In this document: piece by piece, positions 40,961-51,075 of the stretch
Numbering within the stretch: position 1 is the stretch's first letter
Layout of the letters: every line of letters starts with the position of its first letter
Assembly: GCA_963724765.1 (NCBI GenBank)
Contig: CAVRVY010000004.1
Coordinates: 1,184,001-1,248,000, forward strand
Reading direction: 5' to 3'
Source: an uncultured delta proteobacterium
GTDB lineage: Bacteria > Desulfobacterota > Binatia > Binatales > Binataceae
Length of the DNA stretch: 64,000 bases
Notes under the pieces: generated by a model
Database searches by the model: none
Seen by the model: only the letters and a program-made list of their open reading frames with translations
What the model was told of the DNA's origin: nothing
Made by a program: the position numbers and the translations under genes

Positions 40961-41491
40961 CTATTTTCTTGCGGAAGGCGGAACTGTTATCTCCAGTTCG
41001 CGCTCCAGCATCCGTCGGAATAGCTCGCGCAGCATCGCTGAGATCTCGATCCGTACAGTGCTCGCTGGCCGCTCAACGCTTTGCGGCGTTGACGGCCCGT
41101 GCAGGGCGTCCTGCAATCCGACCAACAGCCCCTGCAGTTCGACGTTGCGCGCTCCGAGCGCGGAGGGCGACGGATATTCCATGTCCAGCTCGCCAGGCCG
41201 GTCGAGCGTCGCCAGCAGCCGCTGCCGCAGCAGTTCGAGCTCGGCGCCGCTTCCATTTACTTCCGCACGATCGAGCCTCGCTGAGACCTGCCGCAGAGTT
41301 TCCTCGATATCCCTGTTGTCTGCGTATAGATACGGTCCGATCTTGTCCCACACCTGTGAGACACGACGGATGATGCTGATGGCGGCCTGGACTTGTCGCC
41401 GAGTCGGCCCCGCCGGTATTTCCGGGAGCACCGATTCGCGCAGGCTCGCGGCCACTCCGTTCAGCAAATCGCCGATGGTTGGTTTGGTCAC
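40961..41491 (-). CDS. Helical hypothetical protein co-operonic with the phosphotransferase
   Basis: Third gene of a minus-strand operon; DLL..VA..LRE.V.P N-terminus. Confidence 0.6.
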   Translation of the reverse strand: MTKPTIGDLLNGVAASLRESVLPEIPAGPTRRQVQAAISIIRRVSQVWDKIGPYLYADNRDIEETLRQVSARLDRAEVNGSGAELELLRQRLLATLDRPGELDMEYPSPSALGARNVELQGLLVGLQDALHGPSTPQSVERPASTVRIEISAMLRELFRRMLERELEITVPPSARK

Positions 41492-41519
41492 AACTGATCT
41501 CCGGCTAATCTTCCGTTCC

Positions 41520-42545
41520 TTACTCAGGTAGCCAATCCAGAAATTGCCTCAAGTAATTGGTTATGGTCGAGGCGCGATCGGCAAGGAACAGGTTCCGCGT
41601 CCGTCCATCCATGAACGAGCGCGCGCCGGTCAAAGAAATGATGCTGTGCTTCATTTCGCCGAGGATCCGGTAGAACAACAGTGTCTCGGGATCGACCTGT
41701 ATGCCGCTCAGCGCCGTGTAACACCGGACAAATTCATCCAGGGAAAGAAACGCCTGGGGGCCCCACAACGAGCGATAAGCCCAGGCGATATCCTCGACCG
41801 CATCTCCAAGATGCACCATCTCCCAGTCCAGCATCGCATTGATGCGATCCCCCTCGTACAGAAAATTCCCAAAGCGGAAATCACCGTGAACGATGCTGAT
41901 TCTGCGCGCGATCGGCTGATGCTCTTTCAGCCAGATGAACGCCGCGACCATCACCGGATGCGGCTCCATCCGATGCTTCAGAAACAGTGATTCCCAGTAC
42001 GAGATCTGCTGCGCCGCCGCCGTCTCGGGTGTCGTGGCGGGAAGAAAGTCCACGTCCAGCTTTCTCCAATCGAGTGTATGAAGCCTGGCGGCGATCGACG
42101 CGAGCTGTTGTGCGATAGCCCGGCTGCGCTCAGCCATTTCGGGCCTCAGCAGCGCGAAGAAATCCGTCGCGCCCGCCACCTTTTCCATTATGAAGGAAGG
42201 ACGCTCGAGCCACCTCCCCTCGCTGTCCATCCAAAGCGCCCGTGCAACCGGAACTCCGCTGCCCCAAAGCGCACTGACTATCCCGAATTCGCGGACCAGG
42301 TCGGTCTCGAGCTGGCCGGCCTCAGCCTTGCGCAGCATCACGCAACTGACTTTTTGTTCTTCTCCGCCGTCGCGCCATCGAACGTCGAACTCCCACGCCT
42401 GGCGCGCATTTCCCGCTGTGATGGGAGCCAGGTTGCCTATCCGAATCTCTCGCCGAATATCCCCCGCGCGATCCAGGTTCGCCCCGAGGAACTCCGTCAA
42501 CCGTGCGACCAGGTTTTCAAGCGCGGCAGCCGATGACACGCTCAC
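41520..42545 (-). CDS. APH/choline-kinase-like phosphotransferase
   Basis: VHGDFRFGNF, LDWEMVHLGDAVEDIAW; GTG start overlaps the upstream TGA. Confidence 0.88.
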   Translation of the reverse strand: MSVSSAAALENLVARLTEFLGANLDRAGDIRREIRIGNLAPITAGNARQAWEFDVRWRDGGEEQKVSCVMLRKAEAGQLETDLVREFGIVSALWGSGVPVARALWMDSEGRWLERPSFIMEKVAGATDFFALLRPEMAERSRAIAQQLASIAARLHTLDWRKLDVDFLPATTPETAAAQQISYWESLFLKHRMEPHPVMVAAFIWLKEHQPIARRISIVHGDFRFGNFLYEGDRINAMLDWEMVHLGDAVEDIAWAYRSLWGPQAFLSLDEFVRCYTALSGIQVDPETLLFYRILGEMKHSIISLTGARSFMDGRTRNLFLADRASTITNYLRQFLDWLPE

Positions 42546-43693
42546 TCCAAAAACCTCCATCCGGGCCGGCCCCGTGCGCAGGCGTGGTAGGCGTCGGGCT
42601 CAAGCGGCTGCAGGATGCCGGTCGTGGTCTCGCCGTCGCAGGTCACTTCGCAATGATGCTCGTCTAGACCCGCAAGGCGGCTGCGAATCTCCGCTTTGGT
42701 GACGTCGTACTGATCGCCTTCAACGACGTTGTCACCGACGTACTGGCCCTGGTAGATATTCTTGTCGGGCGTGCCGCCGTACATTCCGCATCGCATATAC
42801 GCGGTTTGATATCCGATGCGCCGATAATGGACTTGCTTTATCTCTCCCGTCTCCAGCGCATAGTCAATGTCAGCTTCGAGAAAAATATGAGTATCCGGTT
42901 CAAATTTCATTCGCCGCTCAGTCTTGACTATCTTGCCCATACCCGGCCGGGGATCGCCGAAGTTATACAGGATCGTATTGCCCCAGATCGCGAAATCCTT
43001 GAAAGATACCCAGTTGCCGCCAATCCATCCGGCGTGCATCTTGCGCCCGGGCTGAAGGCTGGGGCCGCCCACGCCTCTGCCCACTCCCCAATGACGATCG
43101 CGCGTCCCGCCGCTGGTTTCCCGAGAGAGTTCGATCCGCTCCCCGCGCACTTTCACCCAGCCTTCGGCGACGCCGAAGCCCTCGAATCCCGCGGTAACAT
43201 CGGCGCGTCTTCCGCGCGGAGAGCCGGCGGCGACTAATCCCGATGAGGCGTTGTAGACCTGCCGCCTGGTATCGTGCCAATTCAGGTCGTAACTGATACC
43301 CCATTCGTTTTCTTCCAGGACGTAGCGCCACAGGCGCATTCCCTGGATGATCGCTGGTTTGATCGGACCGATGTCCATGTTCATCCGGTCCGCACCGAGA
43401 CGCCGAAACGCCCGCACCGAAGTATGCTGACCCTTGAAATTGACGATTGCGTACGCCTCGGCAGTATCGAGATTCGGGTAAAAGCTGAGGCCCGTGACGA
43501 CGAGCAGTTCCCCCTTATTGTCATGGCAGATGACCCAGAAGCGCTCGTAGATTCGCGGGTCCGTGGACCAGACCACGCGAACCGGGTCGGGCGTCTGATG
43601 GATCATGTAGTCATCTATCGGAGCGAGCGGAAACTGCTCGTCGAAATGACTATCGCTGGCAAGCCAACCCGGCTTCGGATCTTTCACTGTCAT
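42542..43693 (-). CDS. Conserved beta-rich hypothetical protein
   Basis: DDYMIHQTP, YPN, TRDRHWGV; coupled to the phosphotransferase. Confidence 0.65.
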   Translation of the reverse strand: MTVKDPKPGWLASDSHFDEQFPLAPIDDYMIHQTPDPVRVVWSTDPRIYERFWVICHDNKGELLVVTGLSFYPNLDTAEAYAIVNFKGQHTSVRAFRRLGADRMNMDIGPIKPAIIQGMRLWRYVLEENEWGISYDLNWHDTRRQVYNASSGLVAAGSPRGRRADVTAGFEGFGVAEGWVKVRGERIELSRETSGGTRDRHWGVGRGVGGPSLQPGRKMHAGWIGGNWVSFKDFAIWGNTILYNFGDPRPGMGKIVKTERRMKFEPDTHIFLEADIDYALETGEIKQVHYRRIGYQTAYMRCGMYGGTPDKNIYQGQYVGDNVVEGDQYDVTKAEIRSRLAGLDEHHCEVTCDGETTTGILQPLEPDAYHACARGRPGWRFLE

Positions 43694-43954
43694 GCGTACC
43701 TCGACCGTGGCGACCTCAGAGTTTGCGGCAAGGCTGACAGGCGGAGTCTAGATGACGGTCGATAAGGGCTGCAAATGCCTGGCGGCTGCCGTTGCCCGGC
43801 GTAGGTGGCTGTCCTATAGACTTAGGAGCATGCCCTCGAGAACGCCGAGGGGCGTTTGTGCGATCGGGGCGAGCCACGCCGTACGCGCCATGCCAATCTT
43901 CATGATTCCTGGATTGGCTGGGTCCTCGATGTCCGCTGGCTCTTGGAGGAACAA

Positions 43955-44833
43955 ATGGTCCGGGTAACCGAGCTGAGCTACATGGGTATCGGGGTGAAGA
44001 ATCTCGATGAATGGAAGAATTTTACCGCCCGGATGATCGGCATGGAACTGACCGGGGATGAAGAGCGCGACCGTTGCTACCTGCGGATGGATTACTGGCA
44101 TCATCGCATCGTGCTGCACGCCGACGACAGCGACGACCTGCTGTATCTGGGCTTCCGAGTGGCAGGCGCGGAGGAATTCCGCGAGATGCAACAACAACTG
44201 TCGTCGGCTGGAATACAATTTCGAGTGGGCACGGAGGCGGAAGCCGTCGAGCGCCGAGTCCTCGAAGTGATGAAGCTGAGCGACCCGGATGGCAACCCGA
44301 TCGAGATCTTTCACGGCCCTCAGGTTCAGTACAGCAAGCCCTTCCATCCGGGGCGCGGGATGCACGGGCGTTTCAAGACCGGAGCCGGCGGCTTGGGGCA
44401 TTGCATCATACGTGAGAAGGACGTCCCCGCCGCGATTCGTTTCTACAATGCACTCGGAATGCGCGGTGGCGTCGAGTACAAGTTCCAGATGGGCAAGCAG
44501 GTCACCACACCGGTTTTCATGCACTGCAACGAGCGCGACCATTCCGTGGCCTTCGGAATCGGCGGGCTGAAAAGGCGCATCAACCATCTGATGATAGAAG
44601 TGGACAACCTCGACGACGTGGGCCTCACTTATGACCTGGTGCGCAAGCACAACTTGCCGATCATGATTACGCCGGGCAAACACTCGAACGACCACATGTT
44701 TTCGTTTTACGTCGGCAATCCTTCGGGCTGGATGTGGGAGTACGGATGGGGCGCGAGACCCGCGACGCATCAATCGGAATACTACGCCGAGGACATGTAC
44801 GGCCATGAATTCGCGCCCGGCTCCTTCGATTGA
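43955..44833 (+). CDS. Type I extradiol ring-cleavage dioxygenase (BphC/NahC/HsaC family)
   Basis: YLRMDYWHHRI, GLGH, FMHCNERDHS, NHLMIE, GKHSNDHMFSFY..NPSGW.WEYG; GGAGGA RBS. Confidence 0.9.
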   Translation: MVRVTELSYMGIGVKNLDEWKNFTARMIGMELTGDEERDRCYLRMDYWHHRIVLHADDSDDLLYLGFRVAGAEEFREMQQQLSSAGIQFRVGTEAEAVERRVLEVMKLSDPDGNPIEIFHGPQVQYSKPFHPGRGMHGRFKTGAGGLGHCIIREKDVPAAIRFYNALGMRGGVEYKFQMGKQVTTPVFMHCNERDHSVAFGIGGLKRRINHLMIEVDNLDDVGLTYDLVRKHNLPIMITPGKHSNDHMFSFYVGNPSGWMWEYGWGARPATHQSEYYAEDMYGHEFAPGSFD

Positions 44834-45082
44834 ATACCAATTCCGGATTCCGGATACAGACGACAGGAACCGGCGTCCAAGGCTGAAGTATGATTGAGGG
44901 CGGCGGCATGCCGCGCGAAGAGGCTCGATGAGGGCGCTGGAAGACAGCGGCGTTCGGCTGCGCCCGGCCCGTCGCCCACCTCGTGCGTTGGCTGGAATAG
45001 TGGGAAATGTGGTTTAAAAGATGTCGCAGGCGGAAGTGACCGCTGAGGCGCTAACCGCTTTGCAGTAATGGAGGTTGAACAG

Positions 45083-45877
45083 ATGGCAGGAGATTGGACC
45101 GAGGAAATCACCCACGTAGCGGGGACTGACCTCGCAATCATCAAGGGCGGCCAGGGAAAACCCCTGCTCGTCCTGCACGAAGAGATGGGACACCCGGGAT
45201 GGCTCAACTGGCATGCGGCGCTGGCCAGGGATCGCACCGTCCTGATTCCGATTCAGCCCGGCTTCGGCAAGTCACCACGCATCGAAGCGATCCGCAACGT
45301 CCACGAGTTGGGATTATTCTACTCATGGATGCTGCGCGACTTGAATCTCGGGCCGGTCGACGTGATCGGATTTTCGCTTGGCGGATGGGCCGCGGCCGAG
45401 ATGGCGGCCGCCAACCCACGGCAGTTCCGCAAGATGGTGCTGGTCGCGCCGTTGGGGATTAAACCACCGGAGGGCGAAATCTTCGATATCTTCGTGGTCA
45501 CGCAGCGCACGCCGCTCAACCTGAGCATCCACGATCCGGAGACCACGCCGGAGTTCGCCAAGCTCTATGGCGGCCAGCGGACTCCGGAGCAATTCGAGGC
45601 GTTCGAGGACGCACGCACCGAAATCGCGCGCATCGCGTGGGAGCCGATTCTTCATAATCCCGCCTTGCAGTATTTTCTGCAGGGTGTGAGCGGTCTGCCG
45701 ACGCAGATTATCTGGGGACGCGAGGATGCGCTGGTGCCGGTTAGCGCGGCGCAAGCGTACAAGCAGGCGCTCAAGAATACCGATACCCGAGTGACAATTT
45801 TCGATCGTTGCGGACATCGGCCGGAAATCGAAAAATCGGCCGAGTTCATCAAACTGGTCAAAGAGTTCCTGGCCTAA
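45083..45877 (+). CDS. Alpha/beta hydrolase
   Basis: PGFG.S, GFSLGG nucleophile elbow, WGREDA, CGHRP. Confidence 0.88.
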   Translation: MAGDWTEEITHVAGTDLAIIKGGQGKPLLVLHEEMGHPGWLNWHAALARDRTVLIPIQPGFGKSPRIEAIRNVHELGLFYSWMLRDLNLGPVDVIGFSLGGWAAAEMAAANPRQFRKMVLVAPLGIKPPEGEIFDIFVVTQRTPLNLSIHDPETTPEFAKLYGGQRTPEQFEAFEDARTEIARIAWEPILHNPALQYFLQGVSGLPTQIIWGREDALVPVSAAQAYKQALKNTDTRVTIFDRCGHRPEIEKSAEFIKLVKEFLA

Positions 45878-45911
45878 GCCGGACTATAGCGTGAGCTGAA
45901 GGAGACAAGCC

Positions 45912-47291
45912 ATGCATATAATGTATTTCACCGAACGTCCCTACCGCGAGGTTCCGGAGGACGAGGTAATCAAGAACCGAAGCTTCTTCGGAGTTCCCAA
46001 CCGCTTTTTTGATCGCGAGGTCGGCTCGCGGCTGTACAACGAATACCTCGACGAAGCCGTCTATGCCGAGGAGATGGGCTTCGATGGCGTGATGCTCAAT
46101 GAGCATCACGGCACTCCATTCTGCATGGGCGCCGTGATGAACGTCGAAGCCGCGATTCTCGCGCGAATCACCAAAAAAGTGCGCATCGTGCTGCTGGGCA
46201 ATCCGCTGCCGACACTGCGCAATCCGCTTCGCATGGCTGAAGAGCTGGCGGAAATCGATCTTATCTCCAAGGGGCGGCTGGTGCCCGGATGGGTCCGTGG
46301 CGCCGGCAGTGAACAGATATTCAATAACGCCAACCCAGCCTACAATCGCGAGTATTTCAACGAGGCGCACGACGTCGTGATCGCTGCATGGACGCGTCCG
46401 GGGCCGTTTCGCTGGGAGGGCAAACATTTCACTTATCGCTTCGTTAACCCGTGGGTCCTGCCGTATCAGAAGCCGCGCCCGCCGATCTGGATTCCCGGCG
46501 TGATCAGCCCCGAGACCGTCGTCTGGTGCGCGCAGCATCGTTACCCATACATCGGGCTGGGCACCGCACTGCAATCAACCGTCGAGTTGTGGAATCTCTA
46601 CGGCGACACGGCGATGCAGGAGGGTTACATGGCCGGGAGCGAGAACTTCGGCTACCTGCAGCAGATCTTCGTCGCCGAAACGGAAGAGAAGGCGCAAGCG
46701 CTCGGCAAGGCCGCGCTCTTCGGCGGTGGCGCCGCGAACTTCTCGCGTCCCGAATGGACCCTGCCGCCGGGCTACAACTCAAAGGAAGCGACGCGCCGCC
46801 TCGCGCGCCAGGCATCCGACTATGGCTTTCTCGGCGTCACCAGCGAGAAGCTCAAGGAGAGCGGCGACGACCATCACGGTAAAGACACGCGCGGCAAGCT
46901 GCGCCGCGGCGAGGTCAGTATCGAGGAGGCCAAGCGCAAAATATACGGGACCTATCAGAAGGCGCAGGACGGCCTGCAGATCATCATCGGGACTCCGAAA
47001 TCGGTGCTTCCCAAACTGCGCCTGATCATGGAGGTGCTGCACCCAGGTGTTTTCGGACTGTTCCAGGCGCAGGGGCCGCTGACGCTCGAGCAGCGGATGA
47101 CCAGTACGCGCCTGCTCGCCCAGGAAGTGCTCCCGGCGATGCGCGAGATCGCCAAGGAGCTGGGTATCGTGGACCCGTTCCAGCGTGAACCCGGGTCGCG
47201 ACCGTATACAGCAGGCACTCAGCGCGATTCGCTGGTCGACCTCAACGCGCTCAAGCGGGCGCCCCAACGCGACGAATCGATACGCGTATAG
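45912..47291 (+). CDS. LLM-class flavin-dependent oxidoreductase
   Basis: LNEHH, RMAEELAEIDLISKGRL, PYQKPRPPIWIPG. Confidence 0.88.
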   Translation: MHIMYFTERPYREVPEDEVIKNRSFFGVPNRFFDREVGSRLYNEYLDEAVYAEEMGFDGVMLNEHHGTPFCMGAVMNVEAAILARITKKVRIVLLGNPLPTLRNPLRMAEELAEIDLISKGRLVPGWVRGAGSEQIFNNANPAYNREYFNEAHDVVIAAWTRPGPFRWEGKHFTYRFVNPWVLPYQKPRPPIWIPGVISPETVVWCAQHRYPYIGLGTALQSTVELWNLYGDTAMQEGYMAGSENFGYLQQIFVAETEEKAQALGKAALFGGGAANFSRPEWTLPPGYNSKEATRRLARQASDYGFLGVTSEKLKESGDDHHGKDTRGKLRRGEVSIEEAKRKIYGTYQKAQDGLQIIIGTPKSVLPKLRLIMEVLHPGVFGLFQAQGPLTLEQRMTSTRLLAQEVLPAMREIAKELGIVDPFQREPGSRPYTAGTQRDSLVDLNALKRAPQRDESIRV

Positions 47292-47307
47292 CTACAGAGG
47301 AAGCTTC

Positions 47308-48396
47308 ATGGAATTTGGAGTCACAGTAATAACTCATATTGGAAAGTCACCCGAGCAGATCCGGCTGGCCGAAGAGCTCGGTTACAATCGGGCGTGGGTG
47401 CCAGATTCGCAGATGATCTGGTCCGACTGCTACGCGACCATGGCGTTGGCGGCCGCGAGCACAAAGCGGATCAAGATCGGCACCGGCGTGGCAATCGCCG
47501 GCACGCGAATCGCGCCGGTGACCGCGCATTCCGTAGCCTCGATCAATCAAATTGCTCCGGGGCGGGTGTTCCTGGGAATCGGCACCGGCCATACAGCGAT
47601 GCGCGTGATGGGACAGGATCCAATCGGCGTCAAGGATTTCAGGGAATACCTGCGCGTGACGCGCGAACTACTCGACGGCAAGGCGGTGAACTACACCTAT
47701 AGCGGAAAAACGCGCGAGATAAAGTTCCTCCATCGCGACCGCCACTTCATCAATCTCGACAATCACATTCCAATCTACATCGCGGCCAACGGGCCCAAGG
47801 CGTGCGAGGCCGCCGGCGCGTATGGCGACGGATGGACTACGATTGGCAGGACCACCGAAGACCTGGAATCCCGCCTCTCGCATATTCGGGCCGGCGCGCA
47901 GGCGGTGGGCCGCAAGATGGGCTCCGACTTTCACGTGGTGCTCTTTACCGCGGCCTCGGTGCTCAAACCGGGCGAGCGGCTGACCAGCGAACGCGTCATC
48001 GATGAAACCGGTCCATGGGTGACGTGCGAACTGCATTTCTTCTATGAGATCTGGAAGAAGGAGGGCAAAAACGACGCTTTGATTCCACCCTACTTCCGCG
48101 ACGTCTGGAGCGACTATGTAAAGCGAGTGGATAGTTTTACTCTGCCGGAAAATGCAAGGTTCCGTCAGATCCATGACGGTCACGCGACTTTCGTGCAGCC
48201 CGAGGAACGGCGCTATGTAACGCCCGACGCGATCAAAGCGACTGGACTGGTGGGAACACCGGAGGAGATAATCGCGCAGATTCGTGAACTGGAAAGGATC
48301 GGAATCAAGGAAATAAACATCGTGCCAGGCCCTGACTTCGCCGAAGGTCCCTTCCGTGACCTGGCGAAGCATGTGATTCCGGCTTTTCGCAAGTGA
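47308..48396 (+). CDS. LLM-class oxidoreductase (Mer-like)
   Basis: WVPDSQM, IGTGV, GRVFLGIGTG, IYIAANGPK; GAGG RBS. Confidence 0.88.
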   Translation: MEFGVTVITHIGKSPEQIRLAEELGYNRAWVPDSQMIWSDCYATMALAAASTKRIKIGTGVAIAGTRIAPVTAHSVASINQIAPGRVFLGIGTGHTAMRVMGQDPIGVKDFREYLRVTRELLDGKAVNYTYSGKTREIKFLHRDRHFINLDNHIPIYIAANGPKACEAAGAYGDGWTTIGRTTEDLESRLSHIRAGAQAVGRKMGSDFHVVLFTAASVLKPGERLTSERVIDETGPWVTCELHFFYEIWKKEGKNDALIPPYFRDVWSDYVKRVDSFTLPENARFRQIHDGHATFVQPEERRYVTPDAIKATGLVGTPEEIIAQIRELERIGIKEINIVPGPDFAEGPFRDLAKHVIPAFRK

Positions 48397-48529
48397 TTGC
48401 TCCCTTGGAATAGACGGTCGGTAAGCGCAGTCTTTTCCGGGAAGCTGCGTTTGCTCCGGCCATAACAGTATGGGCGAGCCTGCAAAGGCTCGCCCACGCG
48501 CGCTCATCCGACTATGTAACGAGGCATCC

Positions 48530-49690
48530 ATGGATTTCGAATTTTCGAGCGGCCAACGCGAGATTCGCGAGGCGGTTTCAAGTTTGTGCGCTCGGTTTGG
48601 CGACGAGTACTGGCGCCAGTGTGACGAGCGTAGCGCCTATCCGGAGGAGTTCGTGCACACGCTCAGCGAGGCTGGATGGCTGGCCGCGTTCATCCCACAG
48701 GAATACGGTGGGGCCGGGCTGACGATGCTCGACGGCTCGATAATTCTCGAAGAGATAAATCATTCCGGAGGCAACGCCGCTGCCTGCCACGCGCAGATGT
48801 ATACGATGGCCTCGCTGCTCAAACATGGCAACGAAGAACAGAAGCGGCGCTATCTACCGCGCATCGCTTCTGGCGAACTGCGGCTGCAGGCCTTCGGGGT
48901 GACCGAACCTGACGCCGGCTCCGAAACGCCCAAGATCAAAACCTTCGCCCGGCGCGCGGGCGACAACTACGTAATCAACGGCAGCAAGATATTCACCTCG
49001 CGCTACCAGCATTCCGACATGCTGTTGCTGCTGACGCGCACGACCCCGTTCGACGAGGTAAAGAAGAAAACCGACGGCATGAGCCTGTTCCTGGTTAACC
49101 TGCGCGAGTACGGCGACGCGATCAAGGCCGTACCCATCGCTACCATGATCAATCACGGCACCAATCAGCTTTTCATCGATAACCTGACCGTGCCTCGCGA
49201 AGCGCTCATCGGCGAGGAAGGCAAAGGCTTTAATTACCTGCTGAGTTCACTCAACGCTGAACGTATCTTGGTCGCAAGCGAGTCGATCGGCGACGGGCGC
49301 TGGTTCGTGGAGCATGCGGTCAAGTATGCCAACGAACGCAGGGTCTTCGATCGCGCCATCGGCATGAACCAGGGTGTGCAGTTTCCGATCGCCAAGGCCC
49401 ACGTCTCGGTCGAGGCGGCCTCACTGATGCGACTGAAGGCCGTGACGCTCTTCGACGCCAACCAGCCGTGCGGCGGCGAGGCCAACATGGCAAAATACCT
49501 GGCGACGGAAGCCGCATGGGAGGCCGGCGAAGCGGCAATGAATACTCTGGGCGGATACGGTTTCACCAAGCAGTATCACGTCGAGCGCAAATGGCGGGAG
49601 GCGCGCCTTTACCGGACCGCTCCGATCTCCAACAATCTGGTCTTGAGCTACGTCGCCGAACATCTCTTGGGTTTGCCGAGATCCTACTGA
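48530..49690 (+). CDS. Acyl-CoA dehydrogenase family protein
   Basis: VTEPDAGS, INGSKIFTS, LNAERI, GGYGF..YHVERKWRE. Confidence 0.92.
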   Translation: MDFEFSSGQREIREAVSSLCARFGDEYWRQCDERSAYPEEFVHTLSEAGWLAAFIPQEYGGAGLTMLDGSIILEEINHSGGNAAACHAQMYTMASLLKHGNEEQKRRYLPRIASGELRLQAFGVTEPDAGSETPKIKTFARRAGDNYVINGSKIFTSRYQHSDMLLLLTRTTPFDEVKKKTDGMSLFLVNLREYGDAIKAVPIATMINHGTNQLFIDNLTVPREALIGEEGKGFNYLLSSLNAERILVASESIGDGRWFVEHAVKYANERRVFDRAIGMNQGVQFPIAKAHVSVEAASLMRLKAVTLFDANQPCGGEANMAKYLATEAAWEAGEAAMNTLGGYGFTKQYHVERKWREARLYRTAPISNNLVLSYVAEHLLGLPRSY

Positions 49691-49773
49691 GCGCGAGCTG
49701 CAAAGCGTAACTCATACCATGGGCATCAAGCTGCAACAGATCACCGAAGGAATTCCGCATATCGGAGGAACAG

Positions 49774-50649
49774 ATGAAGATCGGAATATTCGCAATGCTG
49801 TCGGAAATGACCCTCGACCCAGCATCAGTCGCCCGCAGGTGCGAGGAATTGGGTTTCGAATCCATTTGGGTCCCCGAGCACGCGATCATCCCCGTCCATA
49901 CCAGGGTGCCCTACCCTGCGCTCGACGGCAAAATTCCCGACGTGTACACACGCTTCCCCGACCCCTTCGTGCTGTTGGGCATGATCGCTTCGGTGACCCG
50001 GACCCTAAAGCTGGGCACGGCGATATGCCTGGTGCCGGAACGCCATCCGCTGGCGCTGGCGAAGGAAGTCGCTACCCTGGATTACTTCTCGGGCGGCCGG
50101 TTTCTCTTCGGTATCGGCGCCGGATGGCAGGCGGAAGAATCTGAAATCATGGGCGTCGACTTTCCACGGCGCTGGCCAATCACGCGCGAGTACCTGAGGG
50201 CGATGAAAGAGCTTTGGACCAAGCCGGAGGCGAGTTTCGACGGCCGGTTTCTGAAATTCCCCGCGGTGATATCGAATCCGAAACCGGCGCACAAGCCGCA
50301 TCCCCCGATTTTCATCGGAGCCGGCGGGCTCAACTGGAAACGCGAGCGTGCGATCAAGGACACGGTTGCGCTGGGCGACGGATGGATGCCGGTGGCGTTG
50401 CCTCCAAAGGATCTGGCTAGCGATCTTACCGTGATGAAACAATTGTGCGTCGAGGCCGGGCGGGACTTTAATCAGCTCGAGATCTCGATGACCTTCCTTC
50501 AGCAACCGGAATTGCAACCGCAGGACCCAAAACGCGCATTGGCGGAGTATGCGGAGGCAGGCGTTCATCGGCTGATCCTGGCGCCGGTGCTCGACAGAAA
50601 GAATGCCGAGCGCGTCCTCGAGCAGACGGCAAAGGACTATTTGTCATAA
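49774..50649 (+). CDS. LLM-class probable F420-dependent oxidoreductase (Rv2161c-like)
   Basis: ESIWVPEH, DPFVLL, LAKEVATLD..SGGRFLFGIGAGW..EE. Confidence 0.82.
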   Translation: MKIGIFAMLSEMTLDPASVARRCEELGFESIWVPEHAIIPVHTRVPYPALDGKIPDVYTRFPDPFVLLGMIASVTRTLKLGTAICLVPERHPLALAKEVATLDYFSGGRFLFGIGAGWQAEESEIMGVDFPRRWPITREYLRAMKELWTKPEASFDGRFLKFPAVISNPKPAHKPHPPIFIGAGGLNWKRERAIKDTVALGDGWMPVALPPKDLASDLTVMKQLCVEAGRDFNQLEISMTFLQQPELQPQDPKRALAEYAEAGVHRLILAPVLDRKNAERVLEQTAKDYLS

Positions 50650-50688
50650 TCGCTGTTTGGGTCTGTTGCGGCGAATCAGGGAAGTGTT

Positions 50689-51024
50689 ATGGAAATCAGC
50701 GAGCAGCGCCAAAGCGACCTGATAATCCTGAACCCCGTAGGTCGGATCAACAATGATACGAGCCCAACAATTCAAACCAAATTGCTCGACTCTGTCGGAT
50801 CCGCCGCAGCCAAAGTTCTGGTCGATTTCTCCGGTATCGAATACATATCGAGCGCGGGACCGCGCGCGCTAATGATGGCCTCGAAACAATCGAAAGCGAC
50901 CAACGGCCGTCTCGCGGTCGCCGCTCTTACACCCATGGTCAAGGAGATTTTCGCGATTAGCCGCTTCTCGCTCGTAGTGCAGGTCTTCGAAACGACTGCC
51001 GAGGCTATCACGGCCCTGAGATAG
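50689..51024 (+). CDS. STAS-domain anti-sigma factor antagonist
   Basis: GRI, VDFSGIEYISSAG.R, VKEIF.I. Confidence 0.85.
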   Translation: MEISEQRQSDLIILNPVGRINNDTSPTIQTKLLDSVGSAAAKVLVDFSGIEYISSAGPRALMMASKQSKATNGRLAVAALTPMVKEIFAISRFSLVVQVFETTAEAITALR

Positions 51025-51075
51025 CCGTCGGGATTTGCGGCGAGCGGCGGGACGGGGCCGAAAGAGACTACCGCG

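Noticed and set aside
41520-42545. Aminoglycoside resistance gene
   Set aside because: Motifs and context fit metabolic ACAD-associated kinases
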